The notes under the pieces: generated by a model
What the model was told of the DNA's origin: nothing
The model's database searches: none
Seen by the model: the letters and a program-made list of their open reading frames with translations, nothing else
Part shown: positions 7,849-17,196 of the stretch, piece by piece
Layout: each line of letters opens with the position of its first letter
How positions within the stretch are numbered: position 1 is the first letter of the stretch
DNA from: a virus
Virus record (IMG/VR): IMGVR_UViG_3300038435_000067
Coordinates: 1-46,807 of that record
Length of the DNA: 46,807 nt
Strand: one strand, 5' to 3'
Program-made: the position numbers and the translations under genes

Positions 7849-7864
7849 AATTAAAAATCCTTTC

Positions 7865-9871
7865 TTAACCAAGAAATGTAACGGTACAATTAGTGGTGTA
7901 AAGATTTAAGCCACCAGTTCCGGCTATCCAATTACCTGATCCAGTTGCATCAAACTGAACCTGAAATTGTCCACCCTCGGGAAATGAAACTGTTGAATTA
8001 ATTATTCCGGTATCACTTCCGCCTTGATTGGCAATTGGAATACTATACGCAAATGTACCATTGACTGGCAATACAACTAGCCGTACATTACTAACAGTAC
8101 CCGTAGTTGCTAAACCTTGGAATTGAATTGAATAAATACCATTAAAGGGTAAAGTAAACGTACCGTTAACACCGTCATATAAATGAGGTATTCCACTACC
8201 CACTATTGTATCAAATAACAATGCTTGATTAGTGCCCGTGGTGTAATTTAAATCATTCATTAATGCAATCAATTGGGTAACTGGATTTGCTCCAATGCCT
8301 TCATTTATAATTTCTTTTTCAAACTGGTTTAAACCTATTGCTAAATCATTTTGTGTAACTATTTGATTATTGCCAGCTTCTCCGATAACTTGTGGAGCAT
8401 AACCCCAAAATGTAAAATATGCATTTTGAGTACCTGCTGTATTATTTGACATAAAGCCAAAATTACCATATACCGGAGTAACCCATTTTGCTGCAACTGG
8501 GGCAGTAATTGAATTCCATGTCAAAGTATAGGTAGCGCTATCTGGCTCAGATACAAGGCCTTGTGCGCCTGCCGTTGAAAAACCGTCTGACGTCAATAAT
8601 AAAAAAACTCGATTAATTGCATCATAAGCCGCACCAGTCCATACTTCTGAACTTGGCAAAGGATTAGAAGAGCCATCAGTCCATACAGTATTGTAGTCAA
8701 AATACATGTAACTTGTTGTTGGACTGCCGCTGGTATCAATTAATAGCACAATATTTGGACTAGCGCACATTTTAGCCGATGTATATGTTGTGATAGGCAA
8801 AGTAGAAGATGCCTGCCATGTTCCTGCATTAGTAACACTTTGTGCTGTATTACCACTAGCTAACGATACAGCTAAAAAGAGAGGGGCACCATTAGTACCA
8901 AAAAAATTGGAAACAAAACACACATTATTATAGTCATCAGCAGTCGGCAAAGAAACAGGTATCCAATTGTTACCATCCGCTGATACGGTTGATTGCCCAG
9001 TGTTACCCACAGCAACAAAATAGCCTGCTCCAAAAGTAATATCATTAATTGAAGTAATACCCGTATCTGGGAAATAATTAGACCAAGTTACTAAATCAGT
9101 GGAATATGCATAAGTTCCATCTCCACCAACGATAACCCATACACCGTTACCGTAAACTATTCCGACTAAATCTACACCCAATGCATTGATTGGCGTACCT
9201 GTTATCCAAGTTCTACCATTATTTAATGTATATGATAATACTCCTGTGCCATCGGCTTCAGGAGTACATACTAAAAATAATCCATTTTGGCCAAATGCAG
9301 AAAATGCATAAGTTGCGTTTGGGGGTGAATCAGTTAGTTGATTAAATGTCATAATAGCAGAATGAGAAGTTAATGCAATAGATGTAGCAGGGTTTATCAA
9401 TTGAAAAACGGCACCATCATAAACAAGATAAGAAATTCCATTTGTTACTAAATCACCTGTTGCCACAGATTCTTGATTAGTTAAAATAATAGCTTTGGCG
9501 CCTGTCGTACCAACTGTAATAAATGGACTTGTCGTTAAATTAGAATTAGCGATTAAAACTTCAAATTGCATTCCAGTCACTAATGAACCAACTGCTGGGT
9601 CTGGAGTTATGACATAATTATCCGCACTACCCGTATCTACGGCATATGTAAAAGCTTGATTTTGAATATCTTGAGGTGTAACGCTTCCTCCGCCGACTGC
9701 TGATAAGTCTACAGATAAGGTTTGTGTGCCAGAGTCATAAGATGATGAACCATTTTGCACTATTGTGTCATCGCCAGACGTAACAACTAACGAAGTTGCA
9801 CCACCTGAACCACCGCCTCCAGAACTTGGATTTGGGTATATATTTCCGCCATTTGGATATGTGTTACTCAT
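7865..9871 (-). CDS. Long tail fibre / receptor-binding protein (Gly-rich N-terminus, Asp-box-like repeats, C1q/TNF-like C-terminal domain)
   Basis: ATG at 9871 with GGAG 8 nt upstream (the track start at 9889 is TTG). It carries the tail-fibre block FTYAVDTGSADNYVITP...VTNGISYLVYDGAVFQL and repeats such as YSTDLVTW and VSADGNNW. The C-terminus GTFTLPFNGIYSIQFQG...CTVTFLG resembles C1q jelly-roll signatures. Confidence 0.7.
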   Translation of the reverse strand: MSNTYPNGGNIYPNPSSGGGGSGGATSLVVTSGDDTIVQNGSSSYDSGTQTLSVDLSAVGGGSVTPQDIQNQAFTYAVDTGSADNYVITPDPAVGSLVTGMQFEVLIANSNLTTSPFITVGTTGAKAIILTNQESVATGDLVTNGISYLVYDGAVFQLINPATSIALTSHSAIMTFNQLTDSPPNATYAFSAFGQNGLFLVCTPEADGTGVLSYTLNNGRTWITGTPINALGVDLVGIVYGNGVWVIVGGDGTYAYSTDLVTWSNYFPDTGITSINDITFGAGYFVAVGNTGQSTVSADGNNWIPVSLPTADDYNNVCFVSNFFGTNGAPLFLAVSLASGNTAQSVTNAGTWQASSTLPITTYTSAKMCASPNIVLLIDTSGSPTTSYMYFDYNTVWTDGSSNPLPSSEVWTGAAYDAINRVFLLLTSDGFSTAGAQGLVSEPDSATYTLTWNSITAPVAAKWVTPVYGNFGFMSNNTAGTQNAYFTFWGYAPQVIGEAGNNQIVTQNDLAIGLNQFEKEIINEGIGANPVTQLIALMNDLNYTTGTNQALLFDTIVGSGIPHLYDGVNGTFTLPFNGIYSIQFQGLATTGTVSNVRLVVLPVNGTFAYSIPIANQGGSDTGIINSTVSFPEGGQFQVQFDATGSGNWIAGTGGLNLYTTNCTVTFLG

Positions 9872-9872
9872 C

Positions 9873-10271
9873 TTAATAACTCCGATCAACTAAAAGATTA
9901 ATATATGCTGCACCTGTAATTCCCGTGCAAGTAATATCTAGTGATTCTACAATTCCGTAAAATTGTAAAATACAAGCTGATGCAATATTTATGCTATCAG
10001 TGGGGGTAATATCGGTGGAATATGGTGCATCATCTGCAGCAAAAGCCTTTATTTGTATAGTTCCTGACAATCCTGTTTTTATAACTGTTAATTTAGTTGG
10101 AACGTACAATCCATTTTCTAATTGTGTCACCTCATTATAAAAGCAAGCAGTAATTTGATTTTGAAATTGTGTATATCCAGCATTTCCGTTGATAGGACTA
10201 GTCTTTATAAAATAATTTTGATTTGGATTTAATAAAGTTCCATCTGCTGCTAATAAAATATTTGTTCTCAT
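9873..10271 (-). CDS. Hypothetical tail-fibre-module protein
   Basis: 132 aa, lies between two fibre-module genes. No motif recognised. Confidence 0.55.
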   Translation of the reverse strand: MRTNILLAADGTLLNPNQNYFIKTSPINGNAGYTQFQNQITACFYNEVTQLENGLYVPTKLTVIKTGLSGTIQIKAFAADDAPYSTDITPTDSINIASACILQFYGIVESLDITCTGITGAAYINLLVDRSY

Positions 10272-10279
10272 TTTTTCTC

Positions 10280-10801
10280 CTATTTTGAAAATATTAAGCG
10301 AGTATTTTGTCTTATATTGTTAAAGTCCGATAGAATAGCATTGAGTTGCACTTGTTTATTATATGTAGTAAAATCTAAATTATTTAAGTACATAGCAACT
10401 GTTAAACTCATATCATAAGGTGTTGTATATACAAACAAATTTGCATATTCAGCTTTTAATAGCGATATTGCAAAACCATTTATTTGAGTTATACTATAAT
10501 TTAATTGATTTTGTATATTTTCAAAAAACAAATTTGTTTGTGTTTCGACATTTGCCATCAAATCTGCTTCGAATGCGCTACATAAATCAATATATTCTTG
10601 AATTTGGGCATTAACTTGACTTTCATTTAAATTAAAAATAAATTCTGATGCAGGCAGTAATAAAGTATAATCTATTACATATTTGTTTAATTCTTGATTT
10701 GTATAAACGGTTTGATTTATACGTTGATAAAAATAAGCCCTCATTGACAAATAAGTATTTAAAATTATAGTTAGCGAATTAATAATTGCCGTTGTATTCA
10801 T
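10280..10801 (-). CDS. Hypothetical tail-fibre-module protein
   Basis: 173 aa, ATGA overlap with the upstream gene. Confidence 0.55.
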   Translation of the reverse strand: MNTTAIINSLTIILNTYLSMRAYFYQRINQTVYTNQELNKYVIDYTLLLPASEFIFNLNESQVNAQIQEYIDLCSAFEADLMANVETQTNLFFENIQNQLNYSITQINGFAISLLKAEYANLFVYTTPYDMSLTVAMYLNNLDFTTYNKQVQLNAILSDFNNIRQNTRLIFSK

Positions 10802-11511
10802 AGTCCACCTATCAGATTTCCGCCTATTGCTCGCGTGGCAGAAATACTACCACCAATTGAACCAATAGCGTTTTGGGTTCCAATAAAATATTTAGATATT
10901 TCACTAATTACTGTAGTATTAATACTTCCGGGATCTAAATGCGTAATGTCAGAAGTTAAAAATGTTACTTCACAAATCATGCAATTTAAACTATCAAATG
11001 TATAATTAATATCAAAAGATACTGGTAAAACGTTCATTACTTTTTGATAAAACGGATGAGTTAAAACCCCTAATCCGCCAACACTATTATTAAATAAAGC
11101 TTGAACAAAATTACGCATTGCAGATTGATACATTGTGCCAGCAAAAACCACATTAAATGTTATATTTTGTGATCCTACCCCAAGATCAACAGGTACATCA
11201 TAATTGGCAAATGGTACTCTATTTAATACGTATTTTCTCCTGATTGATTCTCGAATTCCCTGACTGTATAAGCTTGTGTTAAATAATGAAACATTTGGAT
11301 CAATACTACTATTACCAGTAAATAAATTAAATGCACTAACAGCACCTTGCACGTATTGTTCAATCGGCACTTGTTGATTATTAACTACCATAAATGAGAC
11401 AGTAGAATTATTAGGATTTGTATAACTGGCATTATTCATTTGCCAATTAAAAATTCCCGATAAATATGCTATTTGATTTATGCTATTTAATGCACTTATT
11501 GCATTTGCCAT
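10798..11511 (-). CDS. Hypothetical virion protein
   Basis: 237 aa, directly downstream of the short tail-fibre gene. Confidence 0.55.
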   Translation of the reverse strand: MANAISALNSINQIAYLSGIFNWQMNNASYTNPNNSTVSFMVVNNQQVPIEQYVQGAVSAFNLFTGNSSIDPNVSLFNTSLYSQGIRESIRRKYVLNRVPFANYDVPVDLGVGSQNITFNVVFAGTMYQSAMRNFVQALFNNSVGGLGVLTHPFYQKVMNVLPVSFDINYTFDSLNCMICEVTFLTSDITHLDPGSINTTVISEISKYFIGTQNAIGSIGGSISATRAIGGNLIGGL

Positions 11512-11513
11512 AA

Positions 11514-12584
11514 TTAATTACCTATAGCCATCCAAAATAAATCATTATCTGAGATTGCCGCAACATTTGAAAATATGTTTAAAGTTGAAGTACTCGCAAA
11601 TCCTGCGGTCTTAATCATAAATCCCGATGCACCACTATTATCAATAGCAGAAGCAGAATAACCAGCATTTGGAAAGGTAAGAGGTAGTGTTACACTAACG
11701 CTACTATTACCATTTAAGATCGTGGCTTTGCCCCATTGTATAATTAAACCACCAGGTAAAATTTGATATCCATTAGCAATAATATTTTGATTTTGTGTAA
11801 AATCATCTGTAACCAAAACATTATTAGATGTTAATGCTGGTAATGATCCAGGCCAAAATAAAGATGTTCTACTTCCGGAATTTACTTGTAATGTAAACTG
11901 TTCTACACCAGCTAAAGAAGTTACTAAGCCTACGGTGCTGGAATGTGAAGTAGTATTTACTTGGGTATATATTTTTGCATCATTATTTGTGGAAATTTCT
12001 GTGGTTGTCAAAACAACAGCTTTATTACTTGGAACGGTAGAAACTTGATTTAAAACGGTGCTATCATCGCTATTTACAATAAAGCCTCCCGCTCCACTAA
12101 TTGTTACAGTATTAGTAAATGTATCATCTGTTATATCTGGATAGTAATTTAAAAAATTTCCATATCCACTGATAACACCAGAATTTATTTGTACTACCAT
12201 CACATCAGTTACAGGATCAACACTTGCAACAAATAAATATTCTGTGGGAAAAGTATAATTGGTTTGTGTTGGAGATGTTGGAGTTATGGTATAACGAGCG
12301 ACAATAAAACCATCCCCAGTTACTGCTATAGTTGCGCTAGGTGCATTGCCAAAAATACCAGTATCGTAAGGCAAAAATCCATAGGTAGCATCAGGAAACC
12401 TAAACGACCCTGCCCCTACTGTTACATCTCCCATACTTTGAGATATTGCACCGATATTTAAAATGCATGGCGCCTGCTGTTGTGTTAAATCTGTGAATCT
12501 TGCATATAAATCTTGCGTAAAATTATTCATTTGTAATGCTGTTACGACTTGTCCTATATACCAATATGATTGTTGATTATCCAT
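11514..12584 (-). CDS. Tail fibre protein (short fibre)
   Basis: 356 aa. The C-terminal block GYQILPGGLIIQWGKATI...LFWMAIGN resembles the conserved C-terminal domain seen in many phage tail fibres. It follows the baseplate genes. Confidence 0.65.
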   Translation of the reverse strand: MDNQQSYWYIGQVVTALQMNNFTQDLYARFTDLTQQQAPCILNIGAISQSMGDVTVGAGSFRFPDATYGFLPYDTGIFGNAPSATIAVTGDGFIVARYTITPTSPTQTNYTFPTEYLFVASVDPVTDVMVVQINSGVISGYGNFLNYYPDITDDTFTNTVTISGAGGFIVNSDDSTVLNQVSTVPSNKAVVLTTTEISTNNDAKIYTQVNTTSHSSTVGLVTSLAGVEQFTLQVNSGSRTSLFWPGSLPALTSNNVLVTDDFTQNQNIIANGYQILPGGLIIQWGKATILNGNSSVSVTLPLTFPNAGYSASAIDNSGASGFMIKTAGFASTSTLNIFSNVAAISDNDLFWMAIGN

Positions 12585-12594
12585 GTTTGATCTC

Positions 12595-13584
12595 CTATAC
12601 GGTTGCTACATATGCCACAATATTTAAAGGATAATCATTTGTTCCTAAAAATTGTGTGCATTTATTAAATAATGTGCGCGGGTCATTTTTATAAGTAAAA
12701 CCAATAAGTGTAAATCCATCGGTTGTGGGGTCTACAATATTGCTAAAAGTCACTATATTACCTATATCTGCTCGACTTATTCTTAAAATTAAATTTGTAA
12801 TTTCTTGCTTAAATTCGTCACTAAATGTACTGCTATTATATATTGTCCATCCTAAATTATAGATAGCCGGACTAAATCCATCCGGTGCTAAAATGGTTGT
12901 TGAATCAAGTTCTGTAAGTCCAGGAACTCCCAAATTCCAATAGCCATCTACGCTGAAGACATTGTCATCAATATAAACCGGACTACTAACACCTAACCGA
13001 TACCAAATGTATTCGCTAATTGCCAATTCCAAATCATAACTATTTAATGCCACGGTATTTAACGAACTAAACCATAAAAATAATCCTTCGGTATCATAAT
13101 TATTGCTTAGTAAACCAACAGTATCATTATATTCAAATTCTAATTGTGGTGAATATGCAAAAGAATAAACTTGTTCGGCAACATTGAAATATTGTGCATA
13201 ATAATCGTCTATCATTGCCGCACGTGCACCAAAATCTTGACCAACAACTGTTTCTGTGGTAATGTCATTAAATATACCCTTAGGAATTTTTTGTACTAAA
13301 GAAGCAAAATTATTTGGGATTTGAGGTTGTCTGATTCCATTCAAATAAATTAAACCTATATATTCGACAGTGTCAAATGTTCCTGTAACCAGAATAGAAA
13401 TTGGGTTTAAATCATTAATTATTATCAAATTTGGTTGTTGAAGCGTAACATTTCCGTACATTGTTTTTAGTGATGTAATTGTAACTTCATTAAATGTATT
13501 GTCATCTAATATTACCGTCATATAAATTGGTATTGAATTGCCTATTAGAGGTAAAGTATTTATTGAAGTTGATACTGTTGTCAT
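12595..13584 (-). CDS. Baseplate/tail protein (position of P2 gpI / XkdU-like)
   Basis: 329 aa, immediately downstream of and overlapping the baseplate J-like gene. Called by synteny only. Confidence 0.4.
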   Translation of the reverse strand: MTTVSTSINTLPLIGNSIPIYMTVILDDNTFNEVTITSLKTMYGNVTLQQPNLIIINDLNPISILVTGTFDTVEYIGLIYLNGIRQPQIPNNFASLVQKIPKGIFNDITTETVVGQDFGARAAMIDDYYAQYFNVAEQVYSFAYSPQLEFEYNDTVGLLSNNYDTEGLFLWFSSLNTVALNSYDLELAISEYIWYRLGVSSPVYIDDNVFSVDGYWNLGVPGLTELDSTTILAPDGFSPAIYNLGWTIYNSSTFSDEFKQEITNLILRISRADIGNIVTFSNIVDPTTDGFTLIGFTYKNDPRTLFNKCTQFLGTNDYPLNIVAYVATV

Positions 13585-14855
13585 ACTGCTGTTACCACTA
13601 TATCACTGTATTCAGTTATATCATATGTATAGTAAACATTAACCGCGGAATAATCTAAATTTGGAACCGCTATATCACTGTTACTTGTATTTATGTTTGT
13701 CAATACTTGAGCTAAAATTCCATTTGTTGCAGATAATTGTGTATTTAATGCATAAATTATACTATCCGTTGTTATGTAATTTTGCCCTGCTATATTAACA
13801 CCGCCAAATGGCTGATTACAAATAGCCCTTCTAGTTTCTCTTTGAATTAATTGTTCTACGGTTAAAGTCACTGAAATTGGATTTCCTGCGTTATCCTGGG
13901 ATGTAATAGTTATCGGGGTTGCTAATGTATAACCCTCGACTAAGGACACAGTTAGATTAAATAATGCCATTCCGCTAGTAGCTAAATAAGTAATAGTGGT
14001 TCCAACTATAACAGTTAATCCAACCAATCGTTGAGATTGAATATATGTATTAGCATTATCTATTACATCCGTGCCAGCTTCTCTGCTATATCCAACAAAC
14101 GTTGTAGCAGGCAATAATCCTTGATTTAATTGATATTCGGTAATTGCTGTGCCAACTAAAACAAAAGCCCCTAAAATATTGACAGAATTAATAACAATAA
14201 AATCTGGCTCTATAATTGCAAATGTAACAGATGGAGTTGGTAATGTACTGTTTGATTGTAAACAAAATTCAAAATAATCGGTGGTTCGTGATCCGCCCTG
14301 TGGCACTCTAACTGATTGTAATGTTCTGGCAATACAACTTTGATCTGATTCTAATAATTGACCATTTGTACTAGTTAAAACAATTACTGTAATAGCATCG
14401 CTTGTTAAATGATTATTTTTAGGTTCGATGTAATTATTTCCTGGCTGAATTGCGTATAAAGTCAAAACAGTAGTGTCATCTGGTATAGTAACTTCCTGCA
14501 ATGTTTGATATTGATTGCCTGTGTCGCTATCAGTAAATACAGTATTTATTGGTATAGTTACTGGCACAGTGCTAGTTACATTGGTATTAATAGTGCCATA
14601 TGTTTGACCGCCTCTAGCCGTTAAACCTCGAGAATACAACCATAAATCACATTGATTACCTTGTGCGTTTTGCACATAAATTGAATTTTGGATTAAATTT
14701 AAATTTCCGTACAAATCTAAAAATGTTGCTGCCATAGCTCCGGCTTGTATTGACCAGTAAGTATTAGGTGCAAATGCATTAATTTGCGAATTTTGTGATT
14801 GTAAATAATTTAAATAATTATTTTGTAAAGAAGCAATTGTTACTGTTACAGTCAT
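13581..14855 (-). CDS. Baseplate J-like protein
   Basis: 424 aa. The N-terminal pattern (AQGNQCDLWLYSRGLTARGGQTYGTI...VTIPINTVFTDSDTGNQYQT) fits the Baseplate_J family layout. Synteny W-J-I-fibre. Confidence 0.6.
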   Translation of the reverse strand: MTVTVTIASLQNNYLNYLQSQNSQINAFAPNTYWSIQAGAMAATFLDLYGNLNLIQNSIYVQNAQGNQCDLWLYSRGLTARGGQTYGTINTNVTSTVPVTIPINTVFTDSDTGNQYQTLQEVTIPDDTTVLTLYAIQPGNNYIEPKNNHLTSDAITVIVLTSTNGQLLESDQSCIARTLQSVRVPQGGSRTTDYFEFCLQSNSTLPTPSVTFAIIEPDFIVINSVNILGAFVLVGTAITEYQLNQGLLPATTFVGYSREAGTDVIDNANTYIQSQRLVGLTVIVGTTITYLATSGMALFNLTVSLVEGYTLATPITITSQDNAGNPISVTLTVEQLIQRETRRAICNQPFGGVNIAGQNYITTDSIIYALNTQLSATNGILAQVLTNINTSNSDIAVPNLDYSAVNVYYTYDITEYSDIVVTAV

Positions 14856-14865
14856 TATGTAGTCC

Positions 14866-15228
14866 TCATGGATTAGTCCACGTTAAATTTATCGGGTTAT
14901 TTTCTTGATCTAAAGCTGATATTTTTATAGTAATGAAACTTAATGTTTGCGGTATAGTCGTTACTGTCAAATTGGATATTAATTGTTGAGGTATCATAGT
15001 TAATGTATAAGCCGCAACAACAATATTATTAATTGCGTTTAGATTCCAACCACCACGAGGAATGCCAGATAAATAAGGAATTAAATCACTTTGTAAATTT
15101 GAATTATATATACAATTATACGCACTAACGGTAACAGTCATTTGCGTTTGTATATCTGGCGCAGCTTGCAATAATCCACGATCGGTTAAAACAAGATCGC
15201 CATTTTTGATTAATGGTGATTGTGTCAT
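14866..15228 (-). CDS. Baseplate wedge protein (gpW/gp25-like position)
   Basis: 120 aa, directly upstream of the baseplate J-like gene. Called on size and synteny only. Confidence 0.4.
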   Translation of the reverse strand: MTQSPLIKNGDLVLTDRGLLQAAPDIQTQMTVTVSAYNCIYNSNLQSDLIPYLSGIPRGGWNLNAINNIVVAAYTLTMIPQQLISNLTVTTIPQTLSFITIKISALDQENNPINLTWTNP

Positions 15229-15246
15229 TCTTAGCGTTTCCCAACG

Positions 15247-16623
15247 TTATGATTTCCAGTACCCTGTTATTGATCCTAATGGTGTGGCATTAAAATTTAA
15301 ATAACTTCCTGCTGTACTATAACTGCGGGTACATGTTGCAATTATACCAGATTGCATATCACAGCTTTGAATTTTTATTATAGTACCTAAAACTGAACCC
15401 ATATTTTGCTGTATACTGATATTTGGATCATCTAATGATATTAAACCTTGTAATGTTGCATAATCATTTAAAGAAGCCGCAAGTTCTTTTGCTGTTAATA
15501 ATGCTTGATACGATGCGGTTGCGCTTTCCTGCGCTCCAAATTGTTTTGAACTTAACATATATTTATCTGGATATGCCAAATAACCACTTATTACTTCTGC
15601 TACCGTAGGATCGGTTATAATATTTTCATTTATTTGTGTAGTGCCCAGTAAACCCGTAAACCATCCTGTAGTTGCCAATTGATTAATCCTGGGATAAAAT
15701 TGTGGATTAGGGGTATAACTTAATAAATTAGTATTTACATTTAGAGCAACTCCTAGACTAGGAGATAACATATTATAGTTACTAACAACACTAGGCGTTA
15801 AAGCAGCGTTATCACCATATTCATATTCCAATAACGGCACTGTAGGCGTTGTATCATTTGTTTCTGTATCGTTAAATTGATTTGTTAAATCAACATTAAA
15901 AGGAGCTGCAATTGTAGAATCTAATTGTCTAATATTGATTATTCCATTTTCTGATTGATATAGCACAACATTATTAAAATCAATACTGGCACGCAATACG
16001 CTATCTCTGCTTTGTCCTGATGATGCCATAATAAAAACGCTATTACTTAAATCACTTACATTGACATTTTGATTAAAAAATGAAGAATAATCAGTATTAC
16101 TTATCATGTAATTAATCAATGATTGACTTGTAATATTTTGCACAACACCGCCAGCTAATACGGCTTGAATATTTATTCCGGTTAATTGTTGCATTTGTAA
16201 TGCTTGGTTATTATCAAATAAAACTGGTGTACTCGTAAGTTGAAATATACTGGGTGCTAAAGTAGCAATTAAATATATTCCGCCCATTCTGCTATTTTCA
16301 GTCATTGGGATTAATTGATATTTACACGTCAATAATACACCTTGAAATACAATATCTCCATTGTCTGTTATTTCTACGGGTTGGCCACTTCTCAAAACAT
16401 TAGATTGATCGGGTGGTTCATCCATGGATAATATCATTAACGACGTAACTGCACTACTCACCAATGAATAATTTAAATTTGCCGCAATAAATTGATAGGG
16501 AGAATCTGGTGTAATTTGATTTTGCAAAGTATCTAACGAATTAAATACATAGCTATTATCAATTTGCCCATTTGCATTAACTGCATTCGGGCGCGGATAA
16601 ACATTAATAACTAAATTTCTCAT
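15247..16623 (-). CDS. Baseplate hub candidate (gpD / Mu gp44-like position)
   Basis: 458 aa, lies between the tape-measure/SLT genes and the wedge genes. Called by synteny only. Confidence 0.4.
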   Translation of the reverse strand: MRNLVINVYPRPNAVNANGQIDNSYVFNSLDTLQNQITPDSPYQFIAANLNYSLVSSAVTSLMILSMDEPPDQSNVLRSGQPVEITDNGDIVFQGVLLTCKYQLIPMTENSRMGGIYLIATLAPSIFQLTSTPVLFDNNQALQMQQLTGINIQAVLAGGVVQNITSQSLINYMISNTDYSSFFNQNVNVSDLSNSVFIMASSGQSRDSVLRASIDFNNVVLYQSENGIINIRQLDSTIAAPFNVDLTNQFNDTETNDTTPTVPLLEYEYGDNAALTPSVVSNYNMLSPSLGVALNVNTNLLSYTPNPQFYPRINQLATTGWFTGLLGTTQINENIITDPTVAEVISGYLAYPDKYMLSSKQFGAQESATASYQALLTAKELAASLNDYATLQGLISLDDPNISIQQNMGSVLGTIIKIQSCDMQSGIIATCTRSYSTAGSYLNFNATPLGSITGYWKS

Positions 16624-16796
16624 TTATTATGTGGCTTATAACCTGACATGCGTTCAACCACTGCCGTGGCTACAGCATACGGATTTGTTGCTCCGGACTT
16701 TTTAGCATTCTCTTCTACTTTTTTAAAAGTATGTTCTGCTTTTTCTTCTTTTACGCCTGTTTGTTTAACAACATCTTTGATAAAATTTGATGGCAT
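16620..16796 (-). CDS. Hypothetical small protein (58 aa, below the ORF-track cutoff)
   Basis: Hand-translated as MPSNFIKDVVKQTGVKEEKAEHTFKKVEENAKKSGATNPYAVATAVVERMSGYKPHNK. A strong AAGGAG lies 7 nt upstream. ATGA overlap with the 458-aa gene. Confidence 0.65.
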   Translation of the reverse strand: MPSNFIKDVVKQTGVKEEKAEHTFKKVEENAKKSGATNPYAVATAVVERMSGYKPHNK

Positions 16797-16807
16797 AATT
16801 TGCTCCT

Positions 16808-17149
16808 TTAATTAAAACCCTTAGTATAATTTACGGTAATAGGACTCAATTGTCGCTCCCCTCTCAACACTCTATCCATTACAGTTTCTCCTTCATTGTA
16901 TGCTTGCAATGCTAATTTCCAACTTCCATAATGTTCATAATTATGTTTTAAATATCTTGCGGCAACTGTAATATTTTCTTGGAACCGTTCTGGCTTGGTA
17001 GCTTCGCTATAAGGCAAATCACTATATTTTTTCCAAATTAACCTGCTTACTTGAGCTATCCCGGCAGAATATCCGCTTCTATCCATTCCAACATTTGGAT
17101 TACCTCTTGATTCATTCCAAACTAATCGTTCTAACGCATTTCTATCCAC
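16808..17149 (-). CDS. Lytic transglycosylase (SLT domain) tail lysin
   Basis: WNESRGNP...YSAGIAQV matches the SLT catalytic E-S and GLMQ-like motifs. The only canonical start is GTG at 17149, but the frame is open and domain-like for 24 more codons upstream (see findings). Confidence 0.7.
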   Translation of the reverse strand: MDRNALERLVWNESRGNPNVGMDRSGYSAGIAQVSRLIWKKYSDLPYSEATKPERFQENITVAARYLKHNYEHYGSWKLALQAYNEGETVMDRVLRGERQLSPITVNYTKGFN

Positions 17150-17196
17150 ACCTATTTTAGCGGCAACATTGCTAATGGCAGCCTGTACATCTGCCT

